DNA of 43,793 bases from Octopus bimaculoides (taxonomy: Eukaryota). Below are positions 1 to 11,857 of this stretch, one piece after another; the first letter of the stretch is position 1; every line of letters begins with the position of its first letter. Below the pieces are notes generated by a model that did not search any database, was not told the DNA's origin, and was given only the letters and a program-made list of their open reading frames with translations. The stretch covers positions 91,377,414 to 91,421,206 of the forward strand of contig NC_068981.1 of NCBI RefSeq assembly GCF_001194135.2, read 5' to 3'. The position numbers and the translations under genes are program-made.

Positions 1-203
1 TACAGAAGGGCCGAGAGGGGGCATCCTTGACGAACCGAACGCATGGTGTAGCGGATCAGATGGAGGTTGTCATGGATACTCCTACCCGGCACGGCGCACG
101 TCTGCGCCTTGTCGACTAGTTTCTCGATGACAAGCGCCAACCTCTCGGCTAACACTTTGGCCAAAATTTTCAAATCTGCGTTGAGCAGAGTGATGGGCAA
201 AGA
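1..203 (-). mobile_element. Tx1/L1-clade LINE reverse transcriptase fragment with in-frame internal deletion
   Basis: The minus strand reads LPITLLNADLKILAKVLAERLALVIEKLVDKAQTCAVPGRSIHDNLHLIRYT-MRSVRQGCPLSALL. These are RT motifs (PITLLN.D.KILAK; GRSI.DN; RQGCPLS), but the D..KAFD motif that normally lies between them is missing. Confidence 0.9.
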
Positions 204-206
204 TAC

Positions 207-260
<54 letters not shown>

Positions 261-261
261 G
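203..261. repeat. (GATA)n microsatellite
   Basis: Direct reading; abuts the 5'-truncated end of the Tx1-like fragment. Confidence 0.97.
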
Positions 262-844
262 AGTTCAGCTAAAATTTAGATTCAGGTGAATATGGTATTT
301 AAGTTTAGGTATCAGAATATAGTACGGTATTATCCAAAAAATTTCAAAGTAAGGTGATTAAAATCAAAATAAGCAGCAAGGATATCCAGAGGTAATACAG
401 TGCGATCGTTTCATGCAACTCCATTTACTTGAACAATGTAATCATTACATCAATTTAAAATGCAGAGCAATCTTCAGCTGTACAAAGACATAGAATTTAA
501 TTAAATTAGAACAGATGAACACATTAGTATAATAATACCTAAAATCTCGCAGAGGTGAGGGAGACAGACAGAAAACATCTTGCTTTAGCAACATCATGGA
601 AGCTAATAAGTAAAATGTGAAAGAAGACTCTGCCTGTCACTGATTTTATTTGCTTTTTAGTTTAGATTTATAGACTAATCATGATATCAAACTTTGTATA
701 TCTAAAGCTTAAGAGAATTTATTACCTTCCAATTAAATTCTATGTCTTTGTGCAGCTGCACTACCTCTGGATATCTTTGTTGCTTATTTTAATTTTATAT
801 ATATTTATCTATATATTCATAGATACATATACACATAAGTACAC

Positions 845-945
845 ATAATTACACAGTCACACACATACATACACACTCACACACACCTACACACACATAC
901 ATACACACTCACACACCTCCACACACATACAGATACACAGATACA
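845..945. repeat. degenerate (CA)n/(CATA)n microsatellite
   Basis: Direct reading. Confidence 0.9.
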
Positions 946-1199
946 TATATTCATGCTTACATGTACGTGCGTGTTAGGTGTGCACTCACATGTTTTTTTA
1001 TATGTTTGTCTCAGTTACTGTTCTCACAAACTTACATCAGCTATCATACAAACGAAGGTTTATTGTCTGATAAATATGTATCTAATTTGTGCAGCCAATT
1101 AATTTGATGAAGATATTTTTTTGAAGTATATTCTGCGTTTTTCATAAATGCATACTTATCTCCCAACAATACGTCTATAGTTTGCTCGTGAATGTACAC

Positions 1200-1241
1200 C
1201 ACATAGATACATACATACATGCATACATACATCTATATATA

Positions 1242-1294
<53 letters not shown>

Positions 1295-1330
1295 ATGTAT
1301 GTATGTATGTATGTATCTATGTATGTATAT
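1200..1330. repeat. compound (CATA)n/(TG)n/(TATG)n microsatellite
   Basis: Direct reading. Confidence 0.95.
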
Positions 1331-1986
1331 TCGTTAAGGAAAAAGAAATACCACTGTTTATTTTGATGCATATGATTCACTTCTAAGAAATATTTAAAGT
1401 TGATTTTTAATCTCAATATAACCCAAACATTTTCCGTTAGCCTTACTTCTTTAAATGGAACACGACCAACAGCGATAAACATTGTAGATATATAAATAGA
1501 CCATACTGCCAATAATCAAAGTGTAGATAAATTAGAATTTAAATGAAAAATATGTTTAAAAATATGTTTGTAGAGCAATGTAAGCATTTTTGAAATACTT
1601 CAGGCAATTTCAAATATTTTTTTATTTATGTATATGGTGCTAAATTATTGAGATGAAATGACAAATCTTGCAATCATGTCGTCTCAGGACCGTGCCAATA
1701 CCGTAAGAATTTGTGGATGAGAAAAAAACAGTTTAGATTGAAGTTGATGGAAGGAATCCAACTTGAATATAAAAAGAAGCTGCTCTCAGGGAAGAGAATA
1801 ATTCGAAAGCTGTGGATATATTTGCTGCCATCTCATCTTATATACACTGAGAAAACATAAACTACTTGAAATTGAAATGACGTGCATTCTCATACATACA
1901 TATTCAAATACAAACGCATTCATAAACATTTCAGTCAAATATACACCAACTTATATCTATGCATATGTGATGTTTGTATGTGTTGC

Positions 1987-2026
<40 letters not shown>

Positions 2027-2424
2027 NNNNNNNNNNNNNNNNNNNNNNNNNNNNNNNNNNNNNNNNNNNNNNNNNNNNNNNNNNNNNNNNNNNNNNNNNN
2101 NNNNNNNNNNNNNNNNNNNNNNNNNNNNNNNNNNNNNNNNNNNNNNNNNNNNNNNNNNNNNNNNNNNNNNNNNNNNNNNNNNNNNNNNNNNNNNNNNNNN
2201 NNNNNNNNNNNNNNNNNNNNNNNNNNNNNNNNNNNNNNNNNNNNNNNNNNNNNNNNNNNNNNNNNNNNNNNNNNNNNNNNNNNNNNNNNNNNNNNNNNNN
2301 NNNNNNNNNNNNNNNNNNNNNNNNNNNNNNNNNNNNNNNNNNNNNNNNNNNNNNNNNNNNNNNNNNNNNNNNNNNNNNNNNNNNNNNNNNNNNNNNNNNN
2401 NNNNNNNNNNNNNNNNNNNNNNNN

Positions 2425-2467
<43 letters not shown>

Positions 2468-2797
2468 CGTGCGTATGCGAGATAATTTACAATATTAAAC
2501 ACGTGTTACCCACAATGATTAATATGTACGTAAAAAAAATTGGCAGCATTATGCAAAAGTTCTCTTTCTTTCCCTTCGTTGCATTATCTATAACAATACT
2601 CTCTTAGCTTACTAAGTTGAAACAAAGTATGCCTAATTATATGAATACCCAATTACTTTCGTGTTCCTATAAACACATATTTAGGCTCTAGAGATAGTTG
2701 AATTGAAGTATATTAATCTGTCGATCAAATGGAGCAACAGTGTTGCAGTATCTCAATCTGTCAATCTCAATGCCCCTGTCTAATGAGCTCTATGAAA

Positions 2798-3321
2798 AAA
2801 TAAAATAAAATAAAAGCGCCCTTTTAAAGCCTAGCCAGGCTCATGGGCCCGGTTTCCTGGTTTCAATGGCGTATGTGCTCCCTAGCTGTACGGGACGCCA
2901 GCCCATCGCAGTGTTACTCATTTTTGCCAGCTGAGTGGGCTGGAGCAACGTGAAATGAAGTGTTTTGCTCAAGAACACAACGTGTCGCCCGGTCCAGGAA
3001 TCGAAACCACAATCTTACGATCATGGTACTGACACCCTAACCACTAAGCCACGCGCCTACACTAAAATAAATGCGCCCTTTTAAAGCCTAGCCAGACTCA
3101 TGGGCCCGGTTTCCTGGTTTCAATGGCGTATGTGCTCCCTAGCCGGACGGGACGCCAGTCCGTCATAGTGTTACTCATTTTTGCCAGCTGATTGGACTGA
3201 AGCAACGTAAAATGAAGTGTTCTGCTCAAGAACACAACGTGTCGCCCGGTCCAGGAATCGAAACCACAATCTTACGAGATCATGCTGCTGACACCTTAAC
3301 CACTAAGTCACGCGCCCCCAC
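2798..3321 (-). mobile_element. head-to-tail dimer of a ~260-bp tRNA-derived SINE (family C here), flanked by one 16-bp TSD
   Basis: Units lie at 2798-3062 and 3063-3321. The minus strand has A-box TGGCTTAGTGG, B-box GGTTTCGATTCC and a (TTTTA)n tail. TSD AATGAGCTCTATGAAA occurs at 2782-2797 and 3322-3337. Confidence 0.93.
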
Positions 3322-3505
3322 AATGAGCTCTATGAAAGTGGTAAAAATTTCGTTTGCACGCATGATCATTTTTTAATTCTCTCAAAGTTATGTTTTATTA
3401 AGTGATGATATCCTTTGAGTTCATTGAACGTACGTACACTGCATATAGGCAAGATTTTTAACAATACGTTTATGTACGTTACTCACTAAATTCATGCTTA
3501 TTCAG

Positions 3506-3561
3506 GGAGCCTGTATTGATCTGCTGCGACAAATAGTTGCAAATTCTGACTCGTGGAAAAT
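3506..3561 (+). CDS. candidate 56-nt internal exon (GACIDLLRQIVANSDSWK), host gene unknown
   Basis: Acceptor is ttcatgcttattcag and donor is AAT|gtaaga. The frame is open in non-repetitive DNA. No partner exon was confirmed. Confidence 0.3.
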
Positions 3562-4142
3562 GTAAGATACATTAAATAATCTAGAACATTTTAAAATAAT
3601 TTAGCAACATACGTTAACAGAAGAGAAACATATTTTTATAGGAAATAAAGAAAAAGAATGAAAAGAAAAAAATGACGTTTTTGAGACCCCACCACCAAAA
3701 GTACCTCAACAAGGAAACAAACAAAAAGCAAGGGGTGGGATTAAGCAGGAACCGATATGGGCAACAAGCTGTACACTCTAGTGTTCAGCCGCGACTAGCA
3801 GTCATAATTGCAAAGGCGCTGACTTGGAGCATGGCCACCGACACTCGCTGCAACATCCACCCCAACATGTGGGGTTTACTAGATGTATAATGCCGAGGTA
3901 GGGACGTAATAATCATTCATAGAACACTTTGATCAGAATTCTATTCGGTGAATGAATAAGCATCACTGTCACGTAAAGGTGTTGGCGATAAACGCATGTT
4001 TACAAACCACTTAGAGAATCTCTATTGTTTTGATCTGCAAGAAAATAGCGGCCAAATCTTTCTTAAGTCACAATTTATCGTCTTCAAAAAGAAAAAGACA
4101 GATTGATGAACATAAATATTTATTTATAAATAAGAGAGTATC

Positions 4143-4364
4143 CTTTTCTATTCTAGGCACAAGACCTGAATTTGTGTGTGCGTGTGTGTGTGGGTCCAGT
4201 CGATTAGATCGACCCCAGTATGCAACTAGTACTTAATTTATCAACCCCCTGAAGAATGAAAGGCAAAGTCGACCTCAGCGGAATTTGAACTCAGAACTTG
4301 AAGACAGACAAAATACCGCTAAGCATTTAGTCCCACGTGCTAACAATTCTACTAGCTCGCTGCC
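4143..4364 (-). mobile_element. octopus-type tRNA-derived SINE (family A here), near full length, with 19-bp TSD
   Basis: Minus-strand head reads GGCAGCGAGCTAGTAGAA...GAGTTCAAATTCCGC, followed by core GGGGTTGATAAATTAAGTAC. TSD TTATAAATAAGAGAGTATC occurs at 4124-4142 and 4365-4383. Confidence 0.93.
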
Positions 4365-5365
4365 TTATAAATAAGAGAGTATCGTCACAGTTTTGAAGGT
4401 ATTTGAACATACGCCCGCATAACCTTCGTTGACATTGACATAAACAACAATGAAAACAAACAAACATCTACACACTATTGCTCTATATAAATCTACACAC
4501 TGTTACTCTGTATAATAACCATTGAGCGGATATTATGGAATCGAGACGTAAAATGCTGTTATATTAAAGGCAAGAACATACACAGTCAGATCCGTTGCGA
4601 ATCTCTGGGTACTTGATTAATAATAAACATTATATCAAACTTTGATTTTTCGTGACTTCGTTACGTATCTTATGATCCTACGACCATTTTCACGACTCAC
4701 TGGTGACAGAAAGAAAGCAAGAGAGACATCATCAATGAGAAGCATTGTTTGATATTCAACTCATTAACGATTTTTTATGGCTATAGCTTGCGAGTTTTTA
4801 TAATATTGCAAACAACGTTATTTCGTTTTCCTTTCATTCATGCTTTTCTTAACGGTTTTTATTGTTTTGAATTATATTTTACAAAATCAAAAAAACCTTT
4901 TCTTCTCGTCGTTATTTCCTAGACTGATTAAATATATTCTTTTTATTCTTTTCAAAAAAAAAAAAAAAAAAAAAAAAAACACAACGGGAAAATATCAGTT
5001 GCAGATATAAATCAACGTTTGTGCTAACAAACTTCAACCACCTAAGCTACAACACCAGCACTACTATCACCAACAGAACCACCACCACTACAACCAGTAC
5101 TACAATAATACAGCCCATTACAACCGTGCACTGTAGCCAGTACCACAATCGGTGCCACAAACAATACAATGAGATGTCATCAAATTTTCATACAAATATC
5201 CAGTAGTAGGAGAAAATAACAATATTAATGTAAAAGCACAAGAATATAATGATCAGCAATTTATCTTAATTAGACTAAAGTTTCATATCGAAAGTAATAT
5301 GTATGATTTAATGATCTCCAATATAGTACAGTTTGTAATATATGTTATCAATTTTAGAGATGACA

Positions 5366-5410
<45 letters not shown>
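5366..5410. repeat. (CTA)n microsatellite
   Basis: Direct reading. Confidence 0.97.
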
Positions 5411-5412
5411 CA

Positions 5413-5842
5413 TTGTTGTCGACTACCACCTTCATGTTGCCACTGTCCATCTCAGTCGTACGCCTAGAACAAGGTGCATCTTGAACCAAAAAGTTTCCTG
5501 ATCGAAATCTTGAAACCATTTCTGGCGCATACATTCCGTAACAGCATCCTCTGCGTGTACAATATATACCTTCCTGCAGATTTTGGCGTTCTCATGCGTT
5601 TTTTTGTGGGTATATAAAATCATGATGTGTCGACAGTGTTCGTTTTGGTCCTCCGTTTTCAGGGTAATCCCAAGCACACAAAGTACAACCTGCTTCATTG
5701 CATCTTCGTGTGAAACCTCGTTGAAGTGTCAAGTATCTAACAAGTGCACATTCGTAATGTACAGATTGCAGTAAGCTACTTATTAGAGTGTTTGAGGTTT
5801 GTTGTCGACAAATAGTGAACGGACTTTCTGGCCAATACAATA
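5413..5842 (-). mobile_element. mariner relic: left TIR plus frameshifted transposase N-terminal HTH
   Basis: A TIR-like TATTGTATTGGCCAGAAAGTCCGTTCAC lies at 5842-5815. The peptides EDQNEHCRHIMILY..AEDAVTECMRQKWF and RFRSGNFLVQDAPCSRRTTEMDS resemble mariner EHFRHIMLY..QKWFAKFRAGDFSLDDAPRSGRPVEVDS. Confidence 0.85.
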
Positions 5843-6439
5843 CATACATTATCAAACCCCAATGGATGAAAGAAGAAGCTGACCACGCCGATATTTGAAT
5901 TCAAAATGTCAAGACCCAGAAGAAATGCTACTAGGCCTTTTGTCTGACACGGTAATGATTCTGCTTGCTAATCATTACCAGATAAGTTTTGCAAGAAGTT
6001 GATATGCATCAAGTATTGATTAGGTCCCTGTTTCTAGCTGAAGTTCTTGACCAATATCCACTTTTTCAAATACATGGGAAGCAGCCCAGAACCCAAATGT
6101 GATTGACTGCTGGAGGTAAAACAACATTAATTCTCAGAAAAGAATACAGGTGATTACAAATTTGAGGAATATATCTTCCCTGCCAATAACATAGTAAACT
6201 TTTATACCCTTACTCAACGAGTTATTCACTTTTAGAAAAATATACTACCCAAAAAAAAAGATATATATGGTGTTAGGAAAGAATGTGTGACTGTATATTG
6301 TAAATAGTTACGAACAGAGCTTCGAAAGAAAGCAGTAGAAACAAGAAAATAAACTGTGTTATGGCCTAGATTGTCAGTATATTGTCTGTATAATATTTGA
6401 CAGTATTCAAATAATGAAATATGTCAATCATTCCCCGTC

Positions 6440-6755
6440 AAAACGCAAAGCAACAGCATCAGTAAACTAGGCAAAAATCTGCAGGAACTTTCGAAGCTCT
6501 TCACAAGGCTTATCACAAAACTTGTCTGAGGCGAGCATCTGTTTTTCGTTGGCACAAGAGGCCAGGAATATCAAGTCAACTGGAATCTCATGATGATCCA
6601 CATTTTCGATAGAAAGGGCAACCTCTACATCTACTCAGTTCCCTCTCAATTGGCAGTTATCAAAGAATACTTTGTGGAGGTTCTGAGGACGTGCAAGAAG
6701 GGATTTTGTTGGAAAAAGTTAGGGCTCCTGCAAAGGATAATGCAACAGTTCACAA
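6440..6755 (+). mobile_element. internally deleted mariner transposase relic (copy 1)
   Basis: TFEALHKAYHKTCLRRASVFRWHKR (HTH) is joined to MMIHIFDRKG..KEYFVEVLRTCKK (catalytic-domain segment). It is homologous to 9783-10400. Confidence 0.8.
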
Positions 6756-7134
6756 TCATAAATCGGAAGGATAATTAAAATGAATCGTATATTGATAAGG
6801 AGACAAACCCTTCTAGAGAATGACAATATTTCTCCAGTGCATTTGCCTAAGATTTGTGCTATAAATCTGTTGAAAATAATCAAGTTAACTACGTATGCTA
6901 CGGGGAAAAAGTACATCATAACTAGACAATATTCACAGGAATTATTCAGTTTAAACTACTAGTAAATGTTGTTCATAAATGTATTCAAAATATAAGAAGG
7001 TATATGAGATAAGGCAAATACACAAAAGCTATTATAAAACGAGAGAAATTAACAAAGACTTCAAACGAAATGTTACACATTAAAATAGAATTCGGAAAAT
7101 TAAACTAGAAGTTGTCATGAAAATATATGCATAA

Positions 7135-7136
<2 letters not shown>

Positions 7137-7179
<43 letters not shown>

Positions 7180-7183
7180 CACA
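7137..7183. repeat. (CA)n microsatellite
   Basis: Direct reading. Confidence 0.95.
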
Positions 7184-7319
7184 TGTATATACAGTCAATT
7201 CGAGGATGTCAAGTTCTCGTAAGGGATTTAATAAACCAAACATTTCTGTGCTTAATGACTATCATATAAGGAGAATGATTCGGCGATATGCTAGGGATTA
7301 TTATAGCCATACGTATTGT

Positions 7320-7972
7320 TAATGATGAAAGGAAGAAAATGGAGAATTATAGATGTTTAAATTATCTCTTTGTATGATATAATCAGGTTGAATTTTTTTT
7401 TTTATAAAAACAATACACACAAATTATAAATTATAAGTCTCTAAAAGCAATGGCAGATGCCAAAATCTACATACACATTTCGATTCATGCCTCTAGGTGA
7501 TTACTAATTCTAAGTATTTGGATAGAGTCTTATGCTAAGAATTGGCCATCGTTTTCAATTATTTGAGATAGAATCTCAACAGGTTTTTATGAGCTTATAC
7601 TACAAAGGTTAACATATTTTGTGAAAGGATGCAAACGAATTACTAATAAGTTTAAGAAGTTAGAACATATGTATTATGTTAACCTTTGTAGTATAAGCCC
7701 ATACGGCTCTGATGAGATTCTGCTCCATATAGTAGAAAATCATGACTAAATCTTGGCATGAGACCCTACCCAAATGCCTAAAATTACCAATCACTTAGGG
7801 GCATGAATGAAACATATATGTAGGTTTTTGGCATCTGCCATTTCTTTTATAGTTTTATAATTAATAATTCATTTGTATTGTTTTTATAAAAAAAAAACTT
7901 TCAATCTCATTATATCATACAAATAAATTATTTAAACATCCATAATTCTCCATTTTCTTCCTTTCATCATTA
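7320..7972. mobile_element. fold-back MITE-like element: ~297-bp imperfect inverted arms, 58-bp spacer, TA at both ends
   Basis: Left arm 7320-7616 (TAATGATGAAAGGAAGAAAATGGAG...AAAGGTTAACATA) is the reverse complement of right arm 7675-7972. Confidence 0.85.
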
Positions 7973-8479
7973 TATGTGCATATATATAGAAAGAGAGAGA
8001 GGGGAAGACAGAGGGAAAAAAGAAGAGAGAGGGGGAGTGAGAAAGGGAGAGAGGGAGGGAGAAAAACTGATAAAATTCAATGCGCAGAAAGGGAAAGGGT
8101 ATTATAAAAAATGTCAAACAAATATGGAAACGTAACTTAATGATTGAAATATAATAGTAGAAGCACATACTTTAGCCATCTTAGCTACAAACCTGTTATA
8201 TCGCATGTTCGGATGACGTGCTTTCGCTAATAACGTACCTCGACTCAACTACCGAACTCGCACTGTCGACCTCTCGCAAACATTCTTCTATCGCTTCTAT
8301 TTCTGCTACTTCCACTCTTTTGGTTTCCACGTTTAGGGTCCTATAAACTATCTTTTTCTTTTCAGTATTTTGCACTGCGCCGATAAGCAGTGTCAACCGG
8401 AGGCAATCTCCCTCCTTCTTGAACAGCTTATTATATCTTTTAAAATCCTTGTCTTCTATTGTTATCTCTTTTAATTGCA

Positions 8480-9190
8480 GCATGTCGGTTGACGGGATAT
8501 GCCTGCTACCGCAGCGTAGCTGCCAGCTTCCATACCCAACAATGGGTGAAAAACAAATTCAACAATCATCCAATAATCAAATTCAACGACAATATCAACA
8601 AAATTCCAACAACAGTCTCAAAAATCAAGGTCCAACAACTCACCGTGGACTAGTCTACTTATCGTCTGGGGGCGTCCACACCAAAACCAAACCTTCAATA
8701 TCATAAATTTGAATTGAACTGCTTCAATAGAAAAAAAGTTGAAAATTTCCAAAGTCTCTTCGAAGATATGACATTAACATTGGTGTAGAACGAATATACC
8801 AACCAAAGAAGACGGTGTAGGATACAAATATAAAACTACTACAAAATGTGCAGCTAGAAAAAATACTTAGAAACCAGCTACATAACTTTAATAAAGAATC
8901 ATGAAAAAATATATTTGCATGATATATAAGTAAAAGATAAGATTTAAGATGGAAAATGTTTAGATCAGGATTGAAGTAGAGAAACATTTTAAGATATAAA
9001 AACAAAATTACAAAAGAATTCGAAAATATTCTGAGGAACGAAGATGAAATTAACTTCAGAGCTAATATCCTGCACGAACAGACTAAGACATTGTACGCTA
9101 TGACAAAAATCAATAGTGGTCATATGCTCTTTGTTTAAAAGCAAAAACATCGGGTTTGATTTTACTACACAAGACCAATGCATAACCACA
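8480..9190 (+). pseudogene. decayed, stop-ridden coding remnant, probably retroelement-derived
   Basis: One frame stays protein-like across several stops (DINIGVERIYQPKK..KITKEFENILRNEDEINFRANILHEQTKTLYAMTKINSGHMLF). No diagnostic motif was recognised. Confidence 0.3.
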
Positions 9191-9642
9191 CGCAGCTAGT
9201 AAATAAAACATTTAATGAAAACATGCTGACATCAATCACAGATTATGCCATCGGTTCAACATCCATATTATATCTAATTTTGCCAAATCCGAGTATACTG
9301 CCAAGTAATTGCTAAGTCAAATTATATTTACAGAAACGATTGTATCAGCAGTTATGTAAAATAGACAATATGTCAATAAATTGTCATTTGAAGTCAAGAG
9401 TGGGCAGATATTGTTAGCAAACAAAAAACATGGTATATGACAATGTTATGTTGTTTACAGAAGACAAGAAAATAAAATTATCTATACGCTTATTTTTTCC
9501 TTTATTTTGATAAAAACAGTAGCCAAATGGAGATGGGGAAATTAAAATACAATGACGCTGAAATTGAAATAAACAAGTTGTTGGCCATGTAATTAAAACA
9601 AATGCATTAACGAACAGAACACTACCACTAATAATAGTTTTC

Positions 9643-9780
9643 TCTTTCTTTTCTAAAGGCACAAGATTTGAAATTTGGGAGGATAGGTCTAGTCGATTAC
9701 ATCAACCATGGTGGTTGACCGATCCCAAAATGAGGAAAATTGAATTTAACCTCGGCGGAATTTTAACACAGAATGTAAAG
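9643..9780 (-). mobile_element. decayed 3' part of SINE family A
   Basis: Contains CTAAAGGCACAAG, AGTCGATTACATCAACC and AACCTCGGCGGAATTT, matching 4143-4364. Confidence 0.75.
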
Positions 9781-9782
9781 CA

Positions 9783-10400
9783 TAAGGTGCATTCCAGAAG
9801 TTTTATACTTTTGTTCAGAAGAGACATTTATTAATTTCAAAGAAGTACAAAATTCTAACCTCGTTCAATGTAAGAAACTTTGATTTCAATGCACTTCTGG
9901 CGTTCCGGCCACTTTAGGTGCCACATGGAAGTACTCCACTGCAAAGGTGTTTAGGGCCCTTGTTACAGCATCCCTTCTCTTCTTTTAGCTGGAGGGGCAA
10001 CCAAAACACACAGGGAGCAAGGTCTGAACCATGAGGAGTGTGAGGGATAGCCTTGATGCCTATCTCTGTCAAGTTGTTGATTATCAGGCTGGAATTGAGA
10101 ACTGATGTTTTGTCGTGATGCAGGTGCTCTGGCCTTTTGCAACATAATCTCCTCCTGCACGCCCTGAAAACGTTCACAAAGTATTCTTTGTGGATGTAGA
10201 CGCTGCCCTTGCTATCGACAAAATGTAACATCATGAGATTCGGTGGACTTGCTTCGTCTGGCCTCTTATGCCAACGAAAACAGATGTTCAGTTCATACAA
10301 GTCAATCGATAATTTGTCTGAGAATTTTATATTTTCGGCAGCGTTTGTAACCACAAATATTATTGAATAGCTTGCTTCCAAATTCTCATCGTATATCGAC
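9783..10400 (-). mobile_element. internally deleted mariner relic (copy 2) with right TIR
   Basis: ORF 9914-10414 contains CFRWHKR|MMLHFVDSKG..KEYFVNVFR..LHHDK..IPHTPHGSDLAPCVFWL (HDNA and YSPDLAP motifs). The terminal TA+AGGTGCATTCCAGAAGTTT starts at 9783. Confidence 0.88.
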
Positions 10401-10584
10401 AACATTCTGAACACTAGTTAGTTTTGACAAGCAGTACTTAGTGGAATGTGTTCAAAACGCTCTTACAGACCTCTCCTTCAATCTGGAATAAACAAAAGTT
10501 GGCAGTTCAGCTTATTAGGCACATAGTAATGTTATACTGATTTTACAATATTCTAGGAGTTATAACTACCTTTCCTAAAGAGTC

Positions 10585-10736
10585 TCAACCACCACCACCA
10601 TTACCACCAAGACCACCACCACGACCACCACCGCCACGACGACCACCGTCACGACGACCACCGCCACCACCATCAACCCCACCAACCACCACCACCACCA
10701 CCGCCGTCACCACCCCTACCAACCACCACCACCACC
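10585..10736. repeat. degenerate (ACC)n/(ACG)n repeat
   Basis: Direct reading. Confidence 0.9.
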
Positions 10737-11699
10737 ATATCAGTAATCTTTAATCAGCTGGCGATCCTGCTTCAACTGCAAAAGAATATATAGACACTTA
10801 GACACTAAGAAAGAATTCACATTTGGGATAGAAACCGACATGAAATTCTGTGCATGGAATCGATGTGCATACTATCAACAGCCTGAATGAAGTAATCTCT
10901 TCAGTAGTTGCAATGGTACCAAGAGAACTCGGCCTAAATTTAATAGAGTTACGTCTGCAGCGAAACCCTAATCAAACATTATGCAAAAAAATATAATAAA
11001 TAAAACTGAAAAGTAATACTTAAATAACAAAATAGAGACACAAAATTCTTATAATTTTGTAAAAGACTCAAATAAGAAATAAGCAAACAACGAGATATCA
11101 GTAAGACACATTATAAGCAGGATCGTTGCTAAATCCCTGAAATCTCTGCGGCCGCAGGGGGACCTTGTTGTTGACAGGCCCCATGTTAAGATCAAAGTAT
11201 GTAGATGAGTCTGCAATTTACTTTGGCTATGATGTTGAACAAGTATTAAACTATGTATGTTAACTGAAAATTTCAAGAAATAAGATAGTAATACATTGTA
11301 CTTGCAAACGTTCTTATAAAAATATTACACTGTACCACAAACGTGTACCACAAACGTGTACCACACTTTGTGGATTGCTTATGATATCTTTTGAACTCAA
11401 ACTTAGCTCTCAGCTTGAATATTCTGAACTGATCTATGATTTCGCGAAGCGCGAAGTGCGCCGTGCTTATCTTTGAAAGTTGCCTGGATTATAAAAGTGC
11501 TCTTTTATTCATATCTCGAAGTTTATTTATTAAAATTTGTAATAGACCTAAATAAATTTAATTTGTTGTACTTTTAAAGATGTTCTTTAGGATAGCTATG
11601 AATAAAAGGTGCGTAGATTATGAATTTTGATTGAACGGATGGGGGTCTCGAAACAAAAGGGAACCTCTAAAAGTCACGCGGAGCTGATTATAAGCAGCG

Positions 11700-11802
11700 C
11701 GTGTGTAATGTGTGTGTGTGTATGTGTGTGTATGTGTGTGCATACATATAAGTGCGTATAATTTTCTACGTGTGTATGTCCCTGTGTGCGTGCGTGCATG
11801 TA

Positions 11803-11855
<53 letters not shown>
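11700..11855. repeat. (TG)n-rich compound microsatellite
   Basis: Direct reading. Confidence 0.95.

Positions 11856-11857
<2 letters not shown>

Noticed and set aside
2798-3321. CRISPR-like or other prokaryotic repeat array
   Set aside because: There is no repeat-spacer periodicity anywhere in the window, and the context is eukaryotic.
7706-7745. CTGATGA...GAAA possible hammerhead
   Set aside because: There is no stem III or NUH, and the motif is not conserved in the opposite MITE arm.
8205-8260. Minus-strand GTTCGG...GAAAGCACGTC..CCGAAC resembling a decayed hammerhead
   Set aside because: The CUGANGA box is absent and stem III cannot close.
11092-11210. Possible exons on either strand (IVAKSLKSLRPQGDLVVDRPHVKIK|gtatgt; minus SSTYFDLNMGPVNNKVPLRPQRFQGFSNDPAYNVSY*)
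   Set aside because: Acceptors are weak, the two strands give conflicting readings, and no homology was recognised.
11440-11690. Possible DNA-transposon remnant (12-bp inverted CTTTTATTCATA/TATGAATAAAAG)
   Set aside because: No ends or TSD could be defined, so there is too little to call.
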